This document shows positions 37,700 to 47,946 of a DNA stretch of 64,000 bases, piece by piece. A program made the position numbers and the translations under genes. Below the pieces are notes generated by a model that saw only the letters and a list, made by a program, of their open reading frames with translations, was not told the origin of the DNA and searched no databases. Every line of letters begins with the position of its first letter. The stretch's first letter is position 1. The DNA is from an uncultured Gammaproteobacteria bacterium (GTDB lineage Bacteria > Pseudomonadota > Gammaproteobacteria > JAURND01). The DNA is taken from NCBI GenBank assembly GCA_963714975.1, contig CAVQQD010000003.1:544001-608000 (forward strand). Direction: 5' to 3'.

Positions 37700-40225
37700 A
37701 TGCAATTATTATTAGCAAAAACTCCACGAGAAAAATTAGCAGCACGTGAATGCGCAATCTCATGTTATATTCCTATTTCACATCTAAATTCTCCCAGCAT
37801 GTTTGAAACGAAAAACGGTGCACAAGGCTGTGTAATTGCAGTAAAAGGCTGCCCCTTTGAAGTAGTCGATCGTGAGGAATTAAACTGGAAACAACGGTTA
37901 CTGGCCAATGCGCTATTGACTCTCAATCAGGAATTTGCGGTTTACGTCACTACCCATCGCCACAAGCATACGGAATATCCTTCTGGGAATTTCTCTACTG
38001 GATTCGCGGATAATTTTAATACCGCCTACCGTGATAAAATGGGTCATAAATCGTTATATGTTAACGATATCTATTTCACTTTGCTGATTAAAGGGCCCGC
38101 CGCCAACAGTCTTGGCTTCACCCAAAAATTATTACACCGCCCCATTCAGGCCCGGTTAAATTATTTTCGTCAGCAGCAACAACAAAAATTAGTCCGCGCG
38201 GTTGCTAACATCCTGCAGTCATTGACTGCATTTTCACCACGGCTACTGGGTCAGGAAAAGGACCAACATTATTCTGAGTTACTGAGCTTTTTTGCCTTAT
38301 TAGTCAATGGGGGAAAACATCGAGTTCGTAGTCCCCTGGGGGATATTAGTGCGTATTTGCCCACGCGTCGTGTTTCCGTTGGTTCTGATACCCTCGAATG
38401 GCAAGGCAATAGTCATCCAGATCGACAATTTGCTGCTCTAGTATCGATCAAAAAATACAGTGCCGAATCAAGTTCAGTGAGCTTGGATCAGTTGTTAAAT
38501 CTGGATTTGGAGTATATCAATACCCACTCATTTCTGATTGAAAAAAGTGAAGTGGCTTTAGAGCAGATTCGGAAGCAATGCAAGCACCTCGACGATGCTC
38601 ATGATGCTTCTATTTCCCAGCAAAGCCAATTATTGGAGGCCCAAGATCAGTTGGCGAGTCAACAAATTAATTTTGGTTATCATCATAATACGGTTTTAGT
38701 CTTGGCCGATCATCCCACGCAATTAGAAGATCGCATTGCGGCTTTATCGAAATGCTATCGAGATGCTGATATTACCGTCGTGCGTGAATCGCTGAATTTA
38801 GAAAGTGCGTTTTGGGCGCAAATTCCAGGAAATTTTTCCTATATTCGCCGCAACGCTCTGATTTCATCCAATAATTTCGCGGATTTTTGTTCCTTGCATA
38901 ACTACTCCACCGGCTATATCAACCAAAATCATTTAGGTTCGGCTGTGATGTTAGTGGAAACTACCAGTCATACCCCATTGTATCTTAATTTTCACGAACG
39001 CAGCTCCGGCAATAAAAATGATTTAAGTAAAGGACATACGACCATCATTGCGCCCTCCAATGCGGGTAAAACCACCTTAATGACGGTAATGGATGCCCAA
39101 GCACGAAAATATCAGGGCACTTCGATTTTCTTTGACCGCAATCAAGGCTGTGAAATTTATGTGCGGGCAATGGATGGGCATTACGCCACGATTCAACCAA
39201 GCATCAAAACAGGCTTTAATCCTTTGGCTCTGACCGACACACCAACCAACCGCCATTTTCTGATGCAATGGTTAGCCAGTTTAATCACCACAACAGACTT
39301 CCCCTGCACGACCCAAGAGCATAAGCACATCGAAGCGGTGATTCACCGTAATTACACCTTGCCACCTGAAAAACGCCGGTTGTCGATTTTAGCTAGCTTT
39401 TTCCCTGCAGATTTTAGTTGCTGGGATGCGTTGCAGCCTTGGTTATGTTCGCATGACTCTCGACCCGATGGGCGCTTGGCATATTTATTTGATCATGCGG
39501 TAGATACCCTGCCACTCTCCGTCGTCTCGCTCCCACGGCTTGACCGCGGGATTGATCGCGAGATTCATGTTGCTGAAGAACCTGAAGCTTTGACATCCCT
39601 GTCACCTGGATCCCTGCATCCTGCAGGGACGACGCCTGCAGTAATTGGCTTTGACATGACGCACCTACTCGACAACGAGCCTCCCCAGGTCATTTTCAGT
39701 GTCATGCTGTATTTATTCCATCGCATCGAACAATGCGCGGATGGCCGCTTAATTGGAATTTATCTGGATGAGGGCTGGCAATTTCTCGATAATCCCTATT
39801 GGCAAGAAAAACTCAAAGCTTATTTACCCACCTTACGCAAACAAAATATGTATTTAGTCTTTGCCACCCAATCCCCAGGTACCGTGGCACGTTCGATTTT
39901 ACGAGATGAATTAATTCAAGGCTCTGCGACCAATATTTTCTTACCCAATCCCAAAGCAGAAAGTGCGCATTATATCGATGGCTTTAAACTCACTGCCCAA
40001 GAATATCAGTGGGTAAAAAATACTGATCCCGTATCACGGCGTTTTTTAATTAAACAAGCCCAAGAAAGCATCATTGGGCAATTAAATTTAGCAGGATTAG
40101 AAGATTACATTGCGGTATTTTCCGCCAATAAAACCACCGTGGATTTGCTGACTTCTATTCGCGCTGAGGTAGGTGATAATCCTGCCGACTGGTTGCCTCT
40201 CTTTCAAGCCAGGAGACCACGATGA
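37700..40225 (+). CDS. virB4: VirB4 ATPase (with in-frame palindromic insertion)
   Basis: FWAQIPGN, GHTTIIAPSNAGKTT, FNPL, GFDMT, DEGWQ, LRKQN, FATQ, IFLPNP. Confidence 0.95.
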   Translation: MQLLLAKTPREKLAARECAISCYIPISHLNSPSMFETKNGAQGCVIAVKGCPFEVVDREELNWKQRLLANALLTLNQEFAVYVTTHRHKHTEYPSGNFSTGFADNFNTAYRDKMGHKSLYVNDIYFTLLIKGPAANSLGFTQKLLHRPIQARLNYFRQQQQQKLVRAVANILQSLTAFSPRLLGQEKDQHYSELLSFFALLVNGGKHRVRSPLGDISAYLPTRRVSVGSDTLEWQGNSHPDRQFAALVSIKKYSAESSSVSLDQLLNLDLEYINTHSFLIEKSEVALEQIRKQCKHLDDAHDASISQQSQLLEAQDQLASQQINFGYHHNTVLVLADHPTQLEDRIAALSKCYRDADITVVRESLNLESAFWAQIPGNFSYIRRNALISSNNFADFCSLHNYSTGYINQNHLGSAVMLVETTSHTPLYLNFHERSSGNKNDLSKGHTTIIAPSNAGKTTLMTVMDAQARKYQGTSIFFDRNQGCEIYVRAMDGHYATIQPSIKTGFNPLALTDTPTNRHFLMQWLASLITTTDFPCTTQEHKHIEAVIHRNYTLPPEKRRLSILASFFPADFSCWDALQPWLCSHDSRPDGRLAYLFDHAVDTLPLSVVSLPRLDRGIDREIHVAEEPEALTSLSPGSLHPAGTTPAVIGFDMTHLLDNEPPQVIFSVMLYLFHRIEQCADGRLIGIYLDEGWQFLDNPYWQEKLKAYLPTLRKQNMYLVFATQSPGTVARSILRDELIQGSATNIFLPNPKAESAHYIDGFKLTAQEYQWVKNTDPVSRRFLIKQAQESIIGQLNLAGLEDYIAVFSANKTTVDLLTSIRAEVGDNPADWLPLFQARRPR

Positions 40226-40920
40226 AATATCGATTCATTTTCTGCTTGCTATTATGCACCACTACAACTTACGCCGATATTTTTACCGACATCTTCCATA
40301 TTTTAAACCGCCTGGAAAATATTAATCAGGAAATTGATAGCAATACTAATAACATTTCCCAAAACACCCTGGGCCAACTTAATGAATTAAAAAGCGAATG
40401 GAAGAAACTTACTGCAGCTTATGGCATGAGTGATAGCAAACTTGAACAACAAGCACGCCTGTGGTCAGCCAATGATTGGAATGAAGTACTCACGCAAGCT
40501 TCGGGTGGCAATGCTCAACGCTTTCAAGAACTGATGCGCTCATATCAATCCCTTTATCCCACTTTAGAAAAAGGGGTTGCTAAACCCATTGATATAAACC
40601 TACTGAATGCCAATAGCTATAAACAATCCGCCTCTACCTATCAAGCCGCACTAGGAGCTTCGGCTTATACCTATAACGACATCAATTCCCGTATTAGCAA
40701 GTTAGAAACCTTATTGAGTCAAGTGGATAACGAAGGCAAAAATCAAAATGAAAAAGCAGCAATTGATTTAAATTCCCGCTTGACGGCTGAGGTCGGGTTT
40801 ATCCAGCTGGAATTATTAAAATTACAAAGCATTAAACTGCAAATGGATGCGACTAAAAATCAAAGTGAATTTAACAACACGACGATTGACCGACAATTTA
40901 CCCATTATCAACTGCCTTGA
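40222..40920 (+). CDS. virB5: VirB5
   Basis: Signal peptide, helical, KAAIDLNSRL.AE; position in operon. Confidence 0.8.
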   Translation: MKYRFIFCLLLCTTTTYADIFTDIFHILNRLENINQEIDSNTNNISQNTLGQLNELKSEWKKLTAAYGMSDSKLEQQARLWSANDWNEVLTQASGGNAQRFQELMRSYQSLYPTLEKGVAKPIDINLLNANSYKQSASTYQAALGASAYTYNDINSRISKLETLLSQVDNEGKNQNEKAAIDLNSRLTAEVGFIQLELLKLQSIKLQMDATKNQSEFNNTTIDRQFTHYQLP

Positions 40921-40929
40921 GGAATAGTT

Positions 40930-41064
40930 ATGTTGCGATTTTATTATGTTATTTTAAGCATATTGATGTTATCGGCTTGCGCCACCAAAACATTACAAGC
41001 GCCCTGCAATAACATCCATCATCAATGCCAACCTACCGTCAAAATCAATGAGTGGGCGGCATGA
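40930..41064 (+). CDS. virB7: Small lipoprotein, VirB7-like (44 aa, below ORF-track cutoff)
   Basis: MLRFYYVILSILMLSACATKTLQAPCNNIHHQCQPTVKINEWAA; RBS GAGGA; lipobox LSAC; ATGA overlap with virB6. Confidence 0.65.
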   Translation: MLRFYYVILSILMLSACATKTLQAPCNNIHHQCQPTVKINEWAA

Positions 41065-41975
41065 ATAGCCTAAGCAGTTTACTGGATAAAGTAGATCAGA
41101 TTACCCACGATTTTACTTTCAATGGCTATGCCGCTTTGGTGAGTAGTCTCACCCCAGCAATTGTCCTGGCGATTACCGCTTACATTGCTTTTATGGGTTG
41201 GTTGATGTTACAAAGTTGGAGCAATTTAACGGTCAGTCAATTAACCACGCACGTGCTAAAAATCGCTATCGTATTGACTTTCGCGACGCAATGGGATGTG
41301 TTCGCACAATTTATTTATCAAGTACTCACCAATGGCCCCAATGAAATATCGGCGGTGCTAATGCGCGTCGCCGGCAGCAACGACAATGGGGTTAATGCCG
41401 CATTAGAACAAGCATTGACTAGTGGCGTGAAAATTGGTGAAGAGCTATGGAATCTCTCAGGGTTGTCACTAAAACTCGCTGCCTTGATTATTTGGCTACT
41501 AAATTATTTTGTGGCGGGCATTGCCTTATTGGAATTAGCGGCGGCGAAATTAGGACTATCCATTACCTTGGTATTAGCGCCGCTTTTTTTCCTCTTCCTA
41601 CTATGGCAAGCCACGCAAGGGATTTTTGCCAGCTGGCTGCGCTTTGCTCTGGGATTTGCTTTAGTTCCGATATTTTTATCGACCGTGTTATTGGTCATTA
41701 ATCAACTCATGCAATTAAGTGCCGATCAAGTACAAGCGTCGCTGCATAGTCCCTCGGCTGATTTGACGAGCATCACTCCCTTAGTACTAAGCGGAATCGC
41801 CAGTATCGGCTTGTTATTTAAAGCCGCACATATCGCAGTCAGCATTGCTGGTGGTGTGAGTATCAGTGGCGTCGGCGCTGCAGCGGGTATAGCCAAAACC
41901 CTAGACCGTTATTCAGGATTGGCGTTATTACGCCAAAAATTGGCGCAACGAATGATGCGCTCTAAATCTTCCTAG
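41061..41975 (+). CDS. virB6: VirB6
   Basis: Polytopic; AK..L.I.L.LAPLF..FLL...T.G.F.SW. Confidence 0.88.
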   Translation: MNSLSSLLDKVDQITHDFTFNGYAALVSSLTPAIVLAITAYIAFMGWLMLQSWSNLTVSQLTTHVLKIAIVLTFATQWDVFAQFIYQVLTNGPNEISAVLMRVAGSNDNGVNAALEQALTSGVKIGEELWNLSGLSLKLAALIIWLLNYFVAGIALLELAAAKLGLSITLVLAPLFFLFLLWQATQGIFASWLRFALGFALVPIFLSTVLLVINQLMQLSADQVQASLHSPSADLTSITPLVLSGIASIGLLFKAAHIAVSIAGGVSISGVGAAAGIAKTLDRYSGLALLRQKLAQRMMRSKSS

Positions 41976-41985
41976 GAGAAAAACC

Positions 41986-42666
41986 ATGATACCCGAAATT
42001 GAAAAATCTCCTGATCCGTATGAAGCAGCCCAACACTGGGCTTATGATCGTTACCAAATTCACGAAGTGATAGCCAATCGTTGGCAATTAGCTTTTTGGC
42101 TGCAACTATTTTTTTCTGCAGGATTGGTTGTTTTAGTATTGGCGCTATTGCCCTTAAAAACTTGGGAACCCATTATCATTCATCGCAATAATCAAACCAG
42201 CGAAGTATGGGTGGAAAGTGTGCGTGATCATGCTTTACCCGAAACCACTGCAGAAATTGAAAGCAATTTAGCACGCTATGTCATTGCCCGAGAAACTATT
42301 TCTGCAATAGATGCTAGCTCACGCACGCAACAAGTATACTATGAATCTAACGATCCTGTAGCTAAAGCCTATGAAACTGCTCAGGCGCAAATAAACAAAT
42401 CCCTGCATAAAATGGTTAAAGTGCAGGATATTATTTTCTTAGATTCTGCAACCCCAAGCAAAAATCACAAAGAAGCACTACACCGAAATTTGGCCAAAGT
42501 AGATTTCGTCACCACCGAAAACAATGGTCAACAAATTATCGAGAAATCTTGGGTGGTAACCATTAGCTGGGAATATTTAGGGACACCTGCCAGCAAAGCC
42601 GCTGCGTGGGCTAATTGGAATGGGTTTACTGTCACTTATTACCGAGTCGATCAACGCAATGTGTGA
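41986..42666 (+). CDS. virB8: VirB8
   Basis: W..DRY, TM, LPLKT.EP, YV.ARE, N..GF.VT.YR.D. Confidence 0.9.
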   Translation: MIPEIEKSPDPYEAAQHWAYDRYQIHEVIANRWQLAFWLQLFFSAGLVVLVLALLPLKTWEPIIIHRNNQTSEVWVESVRDHALPETTAEIESNLARYVIARETISAIDASSRTQQVYYESNDPVAKAYETAQAQINKSLHKMVKVQDIIFLDSATPSKNHKEALHRNLAKVDFVTTENNGQQIIEKSWVVTISWEYLGTPASKAAAWANWNGFTVTYYRVDQRNV

Positions 42667-42810
42667 GGATCTGCTTACAATTCTACTATGCTTGGCATAA
42701 ATCGTTGATTTTCTGTGCTCCGTTGCTCATTTACAACCAAGTAAACTGCGCTACGGTGCTCAAAAATCAAGCGATTTCTGCTCAAGCCTAGCGAATTGTA
42801 AACTGCCCTA
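42666..42810. repeat. MITE-like imperfect palindrome between virB8 and virB9
   Basis: CTTACAATTC...GAATTGTAAAC arms with central TTTAC..GTAAA hairpin. Confidence 0.6.
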
Positions 42811-42832
42811 ACAATTAAAGAGGATAAATTTT

Positions 42833-43591
42833 ATGAAAATATTCATGCTCTCCTGCTGCTTGGGAACTAGCCTGATGCTTCCCTTACTCAGCACAGCTAC
42901 CCAAACTCCACAACCTTTAACCACTGATCATCGCCTACGCATCGTGGCCTATGATCCGAATAATGTGGTTACTCTTCATGGAAATCAATTAGTGCAAACC
43001 AGTTTACAATTCAGCAATGCAGAAACCATTGTCGGCGTAGAAAGTGGCGATGCAGTCGCTTGGGCTATCTCGATTAATCCCAATAAACCCAATTTATTAT
43101 TTTTAAAGCCTACCACAGAAATTTCCGACACCAATCTTTCTGTGATTACGGATAAAAATATTTATCACTTCCAGTTAACCACCGCCTCGAAACATCCCAA
43201 AGATATTACTTATAATGTTCGATTTACTTATCCTCTGGAGGAAAAAAAACAATTGCTTGCCCAATATCAAGAAACGCAACGACAGAAAAATGCCCTGGTA
43301 ACTACGGTACCTACTGATCCTTTGCATTGGAACTGGAATTATTCTTTTAGCAAACGCTGCTCTCCAGCCTTAGTCCCGCAACATGTCTTTGATGATGGCA
43401 AGTTTACCTATTTTCAATTCAGACCCCAGCAAGATATCCCCGCGATATTTGTGGTGGATAGTCAAGGCAAAGAATCCTTAGCCAATTGGCGGGTGCAAAA
43501 TCACTATGTGGTGGTTGAACGCACGGCAAGCCAATTTAGTTTACGCAATGGCCATTTAATCAGTTGTGTACTGAATGACCAAAACTCCTAG
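42833..43591 (+). CDS. virB9: VirB9
   Basis: D.RLR.V.Y.P..V, GD...W, LFLKP, TNL.VIT, VFDDG.FTYF.F, PAIFVVD. Confidence 0.93.
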   Translation: MKIFMLSCCLGTSLMLPLLSTATQTPQPLTTDHRLRIVAYDPNNVVTLHGNQLVQTSLQFSNAETIVGVESGDAVAWAISINPNKPNLLFLKPTTEISDTNLSVITDKNIYHFQLTTASKHPKDITYNVRFTYPLEEKKQLLAQYQETQRQKNALVTTVPTDPLHWNWNYSFSKRCSPALVPQHVFDDGKFTYFQFRPQQDIPAIFVVDSQGKESLANWRVQNHYVVVERTASQFSLRNGHLISCVLNDQNS

Positions 43592-43596
43592 GAGCA

Positions 43597-44682
43597 ATGC
43601 CCATGGCCGAATCTAAAAATAATCATATTCCTCAAGTTGCTTCCACTTCTCAATTCAAAAAACGTTTCGGGATTATTTTTTTTGGATTGATTATCCTGGG
43701 CTTATTACTCTCCGTACTACTGAATCAACGCAAACCAACGGTTCCTAAACTTGCCACTAAATCCTATCTTCACACATTGCAAGCTAATTTACCGACCCAA
43801 GAAATAAAAAACCTCGCAACACCTCCGCAAGAAACTATTGACCTCGAAAAATTAGCACAAGCGGCGAAATTTTATCGCCTACGCCAAAACGCCCCGATTG
43901 AAATGTATCAGGCGCAAAATAAATATCCCTCTAATACGGAAACACCCGCACCGAACTTAGCGCATAATTCATTGCCTCTTACCCAAAATCAAATTGAAAA
44001 ACTACGAAATTACACTGCGAGCCTCGACAGCAATAGTCAATTTGCCGAACAAATCAGTAATAAACCAACAATCCATGCTGAAGCCCAATTAGTAGCGCAT
44101 CCTGATTTTACTGTAGCCCAAGGCACACTAATCAGTGGCGTGTTACAAACCGCAATTAATTCGGATTTACCTGGGATGGTCAAAGCCAATGTCAGTCACG
44201 ATATTTATGCTATGCAAGGCATGCGTGTTTTAATCCCCAAAGGATCAACCTTAATTGGGGAGTACAATTCTGGTATTACCTTGGGACAACGGCGAGTCTT
44301 TATTCTCTGGACCCGCCTAATACGGCCTGATGGGATTGATATTCAACTGAATTCCCCAGGCACAGATGCTTTTGGGCAAGCAGGATTAAATGCCGATGCT
44401 CTCGATACCCATTTCTGGGCGCGCTTTGGTCAAGCCTCATTATTAAGCATCGTCAGCAGCAGTTTGGCGAGTACTAATGCGAATACTGCGGATAATTTGA
44501 GTAGCGCAGCTTCCTATCGTTTAGCCTTAGCCAACAGTTTTCAACAAACCGCCAACAATAGCCTGCTTAATACCATGAATATCAAACCGACACTGCATAT
44601 ACATCAAGGCGATGCCATCAATGTCTTTGTGAATCGAGATTTATCATTTTATGCAGTGCTTAGTGTCCGAGAAAATCCATGA
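43597..44682 (+). CDS. virB10: VirB10
   Basis: QGT.I..VLQTAINSDLPG, LIPKGS.LIGEY, RVF..W.R, D.HFW.RFG, I.PT..I.QG..I.VFV.RDL. Confidence 0.94.
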   Translation: MPMAESKNNHIPQVASTSQFKKRFGIIFFGLIILGLLLSVLLNQRKPTVPKLATKSYLHTLQANLPTQEIKNLATPPQETIDLEKLAQAAKFYRLRQNAPIEMYQAQNKYPSNTETPAPNLAHNSLPLTQNQIEKLRNYTASLDSNSQFAEQISNKPTIHAEAQLVAHPDFTVAQGTLISGVLQTAINSDLPGMVKANVSHDIYAMQGMRVLIPKGSTLIGEYNSGITLGQRRVFILWTRLIRPDGIDIQLNSPGTDAFGQAGLNADALDTHFWARFGQASLLSIVSSSLASTNANTADNLSSAASYRLALANSFQQTANNSLLNTMNIKPTLHIHQGDAINVFVNRDLSFYAVLSVRENP

Positions 44683-45351
44683 ATATCGATGCCTTATCCG
44701 AATATTTAAAACCTCTTGACCCTACTGCTCGATGATCCTGAAATTAGCGAAATTTCTATCAATCAACCCCAAGTCGCTTACATCGAAAAAGCAGGGCAAG
44801 TTACTGAGATCAAATTAGCGCAACTCACCCATTATTGGCTGGAAGGATTGGCCACGCTCATTGCCCGCTTTACCGAACAACGTTTAAGTGCCAAAGAACC
44901 CTTATTATCAGCCTCATTGCCCAATGGCCAGCGCATTCAAATTGTTTTACCACCCGCCTGCGAGGCTGGAAAAATTATTCTCTCGATTCGCAAACAAGTG
45001 ATCCAAAATTTATCGCTTGATGATTATCATGCGATGGGGGCATTTGATCAGGTAAAGATCACACCAGCCTTGCCTAATAATAACGATGAATTAGCTGTGC
45101 TTCTTGCTGAACAAAACTACTGCGAATTTCTCAAACAAGCAATCCAACAAAAAAAGAATATTTTAATTTCAGGCGCAACGGCTACTGGCAAAACCACATT
45201 TCTCAATGCCTGTCTCAAAGAAATTCCCAACCACGAGCGGATTATTACCCTGGAAGATGTTCGGGAAATTCAAATTCCTCATACCAATAAAGTTCACTTA
45301 CTTGCCTCCAAAGGCGAACAAGGCACCGCCAAAGTGACATGTCGCAATTGA
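44679..45351 (+). CDS. virB11: VirB11 ATPase, N-terminal part (frameshifts near 44715 and 45340)
   Basis: ATG 44679 MNIDALSEYLKPL, then shifted frame with EISIN.P, PLLSASLP.G.R.Q, SGATATGKTT, ITLED. Confidence 0.88.
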
Positions 45352-45776
45352 TTGAAGCTTGCCTGCGCTTGCGTCCTGATCGTATCATACTCGGTGAAAT
45401 GCGCGGCGCGGAGGCCGCTGATTTTATCAATGCCACCGCTACAGGGCATGATGGTGCACTTAGCACGATTCATGCTTCAGGCCCGAAGATGGCGTTTATG
45501 CGCTTAGTGCATATGGCCAAACTTAAGCCTGGCATGAATCTCAGTCGAGAAGATATTCTGGCGGATTTTCACAGTTTAATTGATATCGTGGTGCAAATAA
45601 GCCAGAGTACGTGTTCAATGAACAATATTCTCGATTTATATCAGAAATTTATTACAAAGGGTAGGCATAATTTATGCAAAAAACAACTATTATTTTACCT
45701 GTTATTCATCTGGCAGGAATTACTACCAGAACCAATAACAAAAATGAACTTGAGGGAAAAAATGGCAAAATCTTAG
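45339..45776 (+). CDS. virB11: VirB11 ATPase, C-terminal part
   Basis: LRLRPDRIILGEMRGAEA, TGH.G.LSTIHA, IDIVVQ. Confidence 0.85.
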   Translation: MSQLIEACLRLRPDRIILGEMRGAEAADFINATATGHDGALSTIHASGPKMAFMRLVHMAKLKPGMNLSREDILADFHSLIDIVVQISQSTCSMNNILDLYQKFITKGRHNLCKKQLLFYLLFIWQELLPEPITKMNLREKMAKS

Positions 45777-46165
45777 CTTGCATCCAAAAGTATTTTGGCG
45801 AATCCCTAAGTGAAAAAATTCCTAGTCGCAAAAACCCTGGAACAACCTATTGTGTGTACAGCGAATATGAAAGCGATTTCAATGGCGAATACAATTATTT
45901 TATTGGTGAAGAAGTCAGTTCTTTCGATTCCATCCCAAGTGGTTTGAAAACCATGATTATTCCTGCACAAAGCTATATAAAATTTACCAATGGTCCAGGC
46001 CCTATGCCCAATGTTGTGCAAGAAGCATGGCATCAAATTTGGCGAATGTCTCCTGAAGACTTAGGCGGTAAGAGAAATTATGTTGCAGATTTTGAAGTCT
46101 ATGATAAACGCGCCTCAGATCAACGCAATGTGGTACTGGATATTTATATTGGTATTCAAGCATAA
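45674..46165 (+). CDS. GyrI-like/AraC effector-binding domain protein
   Basis: GI..RTNN, YSEYESD..G.Y..FIG.EV, GPMP.VV..AW..IW, DFEVYD.R, DIYIGI. Confidence 0.85.
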   Translation: MQKTTIILPVIHLAGITTRTNNKNELEGKNGKILACIQKYFGESLSEKIPSRKNPGTTYCVYSEYESDFNGEYNYFIGEEVSSFDSIPSGLKTMIIPAQSYIKFTNGPGPMPNVVQEAWHQIWRMSPEDLGGKRNYVADFEVYDKRASDQRNVVLDIYIGIQA

Positions 46166-46750
46166 ATGGATACTACATTAAACTTCTTGCCAAATATAAA
46201 AATAGCACCCCTGGGACAAGTATCTGTGCAATTCTTATCCCATGGTATCGAATATTTTCACCAAGCAATTGATTATGTGCATCAGTTACCTTACAAGCGA
46301 GCTAGTTCACCCGTTTACACTACTGTTTTAGCTGAACATTGCGGTACATGTAGCACTAAACATGCATTGATTGCCGAATTAAGCCGCGAGTTCAATGTTC
46401 CTCTGCAATTACGTTTGGGCATTTTTATGATGGATAGCAACAGTCAGCTTCTTGCCCCTATCTTACAAGAATATAAACTGTAAGCTCTTCCCGAAGCCCA
46501 TTGTTATCTACAATATAATGAACACATCATCGACATTACCTTTCGCGAAAATGTAAACCGTGTACTTTTGTGGCCCATAAGCCAAGTAATGACGATTGCT
46601 CCCGATCAAATTGGAGTCTTTAAAAACAACTGGCATATTCAGGTGATTCAGCAATGGATTACGCAAAATAATATTCCCTATACGGTAGATGAAATTTGGA
46701 CTATTCGTGAAAAATGCATTCGTCAACTAGAAAAAGCTTCATCGCGTTAA
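46166..46750 (+). pseudogene. Disrupted hypothetical protein (transglutaminase-like Cys/His motifs)
   Basis: LPY.R, GTCSTKHAL; in-frame TAA at 46481 followed by LPEAHCYL...DITF; later frameshift; IW.IRE.CI..L end. Confidence 0.6.
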
Positions 46751-46765
46751 TAAAAATGGGAACCC

Positions 46766-47272
46766 ATGCAGCGCACCAGGATACCGCACAAAATTATCTT
46801 AATTTCAATGACAGGCTTAATAGTCCTCTTAGTCTGTATGTATATTTCAAGCCTAATTTTTTTATCCCTATTAGGCATTAATGACCAGGATTTTAGTTTA
46901 ATACAAGCTATGCAAATAACATTGGAGGCTTGGAGTATTCCTGCTCTTCGCCGTCAGTGGTTACTGGCATTTATTGTGCCTTGGCTCACGATTGCGGTAT
47001 TAATTGCCATAGCTATCCAGCAAAACCAACGCCACCTCTTTGGCAAAGCGCATTGGGCCTCTTTCTGGGAAGCTAAAAAAGCCGGGCTATTTGCTAAAAA
47101 AGGGATTCTACTCGGAAAAAAATGGGGTCGTTTTCTATGCGTGGATGGTTTCGAGCATGTATTAGTATTCGCACCCAGTGGCAGTGGCAAAACCACCTCA
47201 CTCGTCATTCCCAATTTACTTAATTGGGATGATTCCATCATCTGCCAAGATATCAAGCTCACATCTATTTGA
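46766..47272 (+). CDS. virD4: VirD4 coupling protein, fragment 1
   Basis: Two TM helices, FG.A.WA, H.LVFAP.GSGKT...VIPNLL, D.K. Confidence 0.85.
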   Translation: MQRTRIPHKIILISMTGLIVLLVCMYISSLIFLSLLGINDQDFSLIQAMQITLEAWSIPALRRQWLLAFIVPWLTIAVLIAIAIQQNQRHLFGKAHWASFWEAKKAGLFAKKGILLGKKWGRFLCVDGFEHVLVFAPSGSGKTTSLVIPNLLNWDDSIICQDIKLTSI

Positions 47273-47936
47273 AAAAACAGCCAAATACCGCGAACGCTAC
47301 GGCCAGGCTTGTTTTCTATGGCATCCAGCAGCACAGGATGGCAAGACCCATCGCTATAATCCACTAAGCTATATCAATCGCGATAAAATATTACGCATTG
47401 ATCAAATCCAGAAAATTGCTCATATTTTTATTCCCGATAATCCCAAGCAAGACCCCATTTGGACCGTACAACCACGAGTATTATTTGTTGCATTAATTTT
47501 ATTTTTACTCGACACCCCAGAGCGCCCCTGCACCTTAGGTGAAATGGTCCGCATCGTTAAAGATACAGCGGATTTTTCCAACTGGTTGAATGAAACTATT
47601 GAAGCACGCACTGATCTGGATCCCTTATGCTACCGCAATGCCCACAGTTTTCTGCAAACCCACCACAAAACCCAAAGCAGTATCTTGCAATCATTTCTAT
47701 CTTATTTTGAGCTTTGGGATAATCCACTGATCGATGCCGCCACCAGCCACAGCGATTTTGATATCACTCAGCTAAGAAAAGAACGCATGACGATCTATGT
47801 CGGCATGACCAGTGATAATTTAGTGCGGCTTACCCCATTGATTACCGTATTCTACCAACAAGTCCTCGACAACTTATTGCAAAAAATTCCCAATCCACAG
47901 AAAGGAGCCTTATGGTTTATTACTGCTGCTGGATGA
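47178..47936 (+). CDS. virD4: VirD4 coupling protein, fragment 2
   Basis: THRYNPL, P.IDAATS.SDFD...LRK..MTIY, RL.PL...F.QQ. Confidence 0.85.
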   Translation: MAVAKPPHSSFPIYLIGMIPSSAKISSSHLFEKTAKYRERYGQACFLWHPAAQDGKTHRYNPLSYINRDKILRIDQIQKIAHIFIPDNPKQDPIWTVQPRVLFVALILFLLDTPERPCTLGEMVRIVKDTADFSNWLNETIEARTDLDPLCYRNAHSFLQTHHKTQSSILQSFLSYFELWDNPLIDAATSHSDFDITQLRKERMTIYVGMTSDNLVRLTPLITVFYQQVLDNLLQKIPNPQKGALWFITAAG

Positions 47937-47946
47937 ATTCAGTGCC

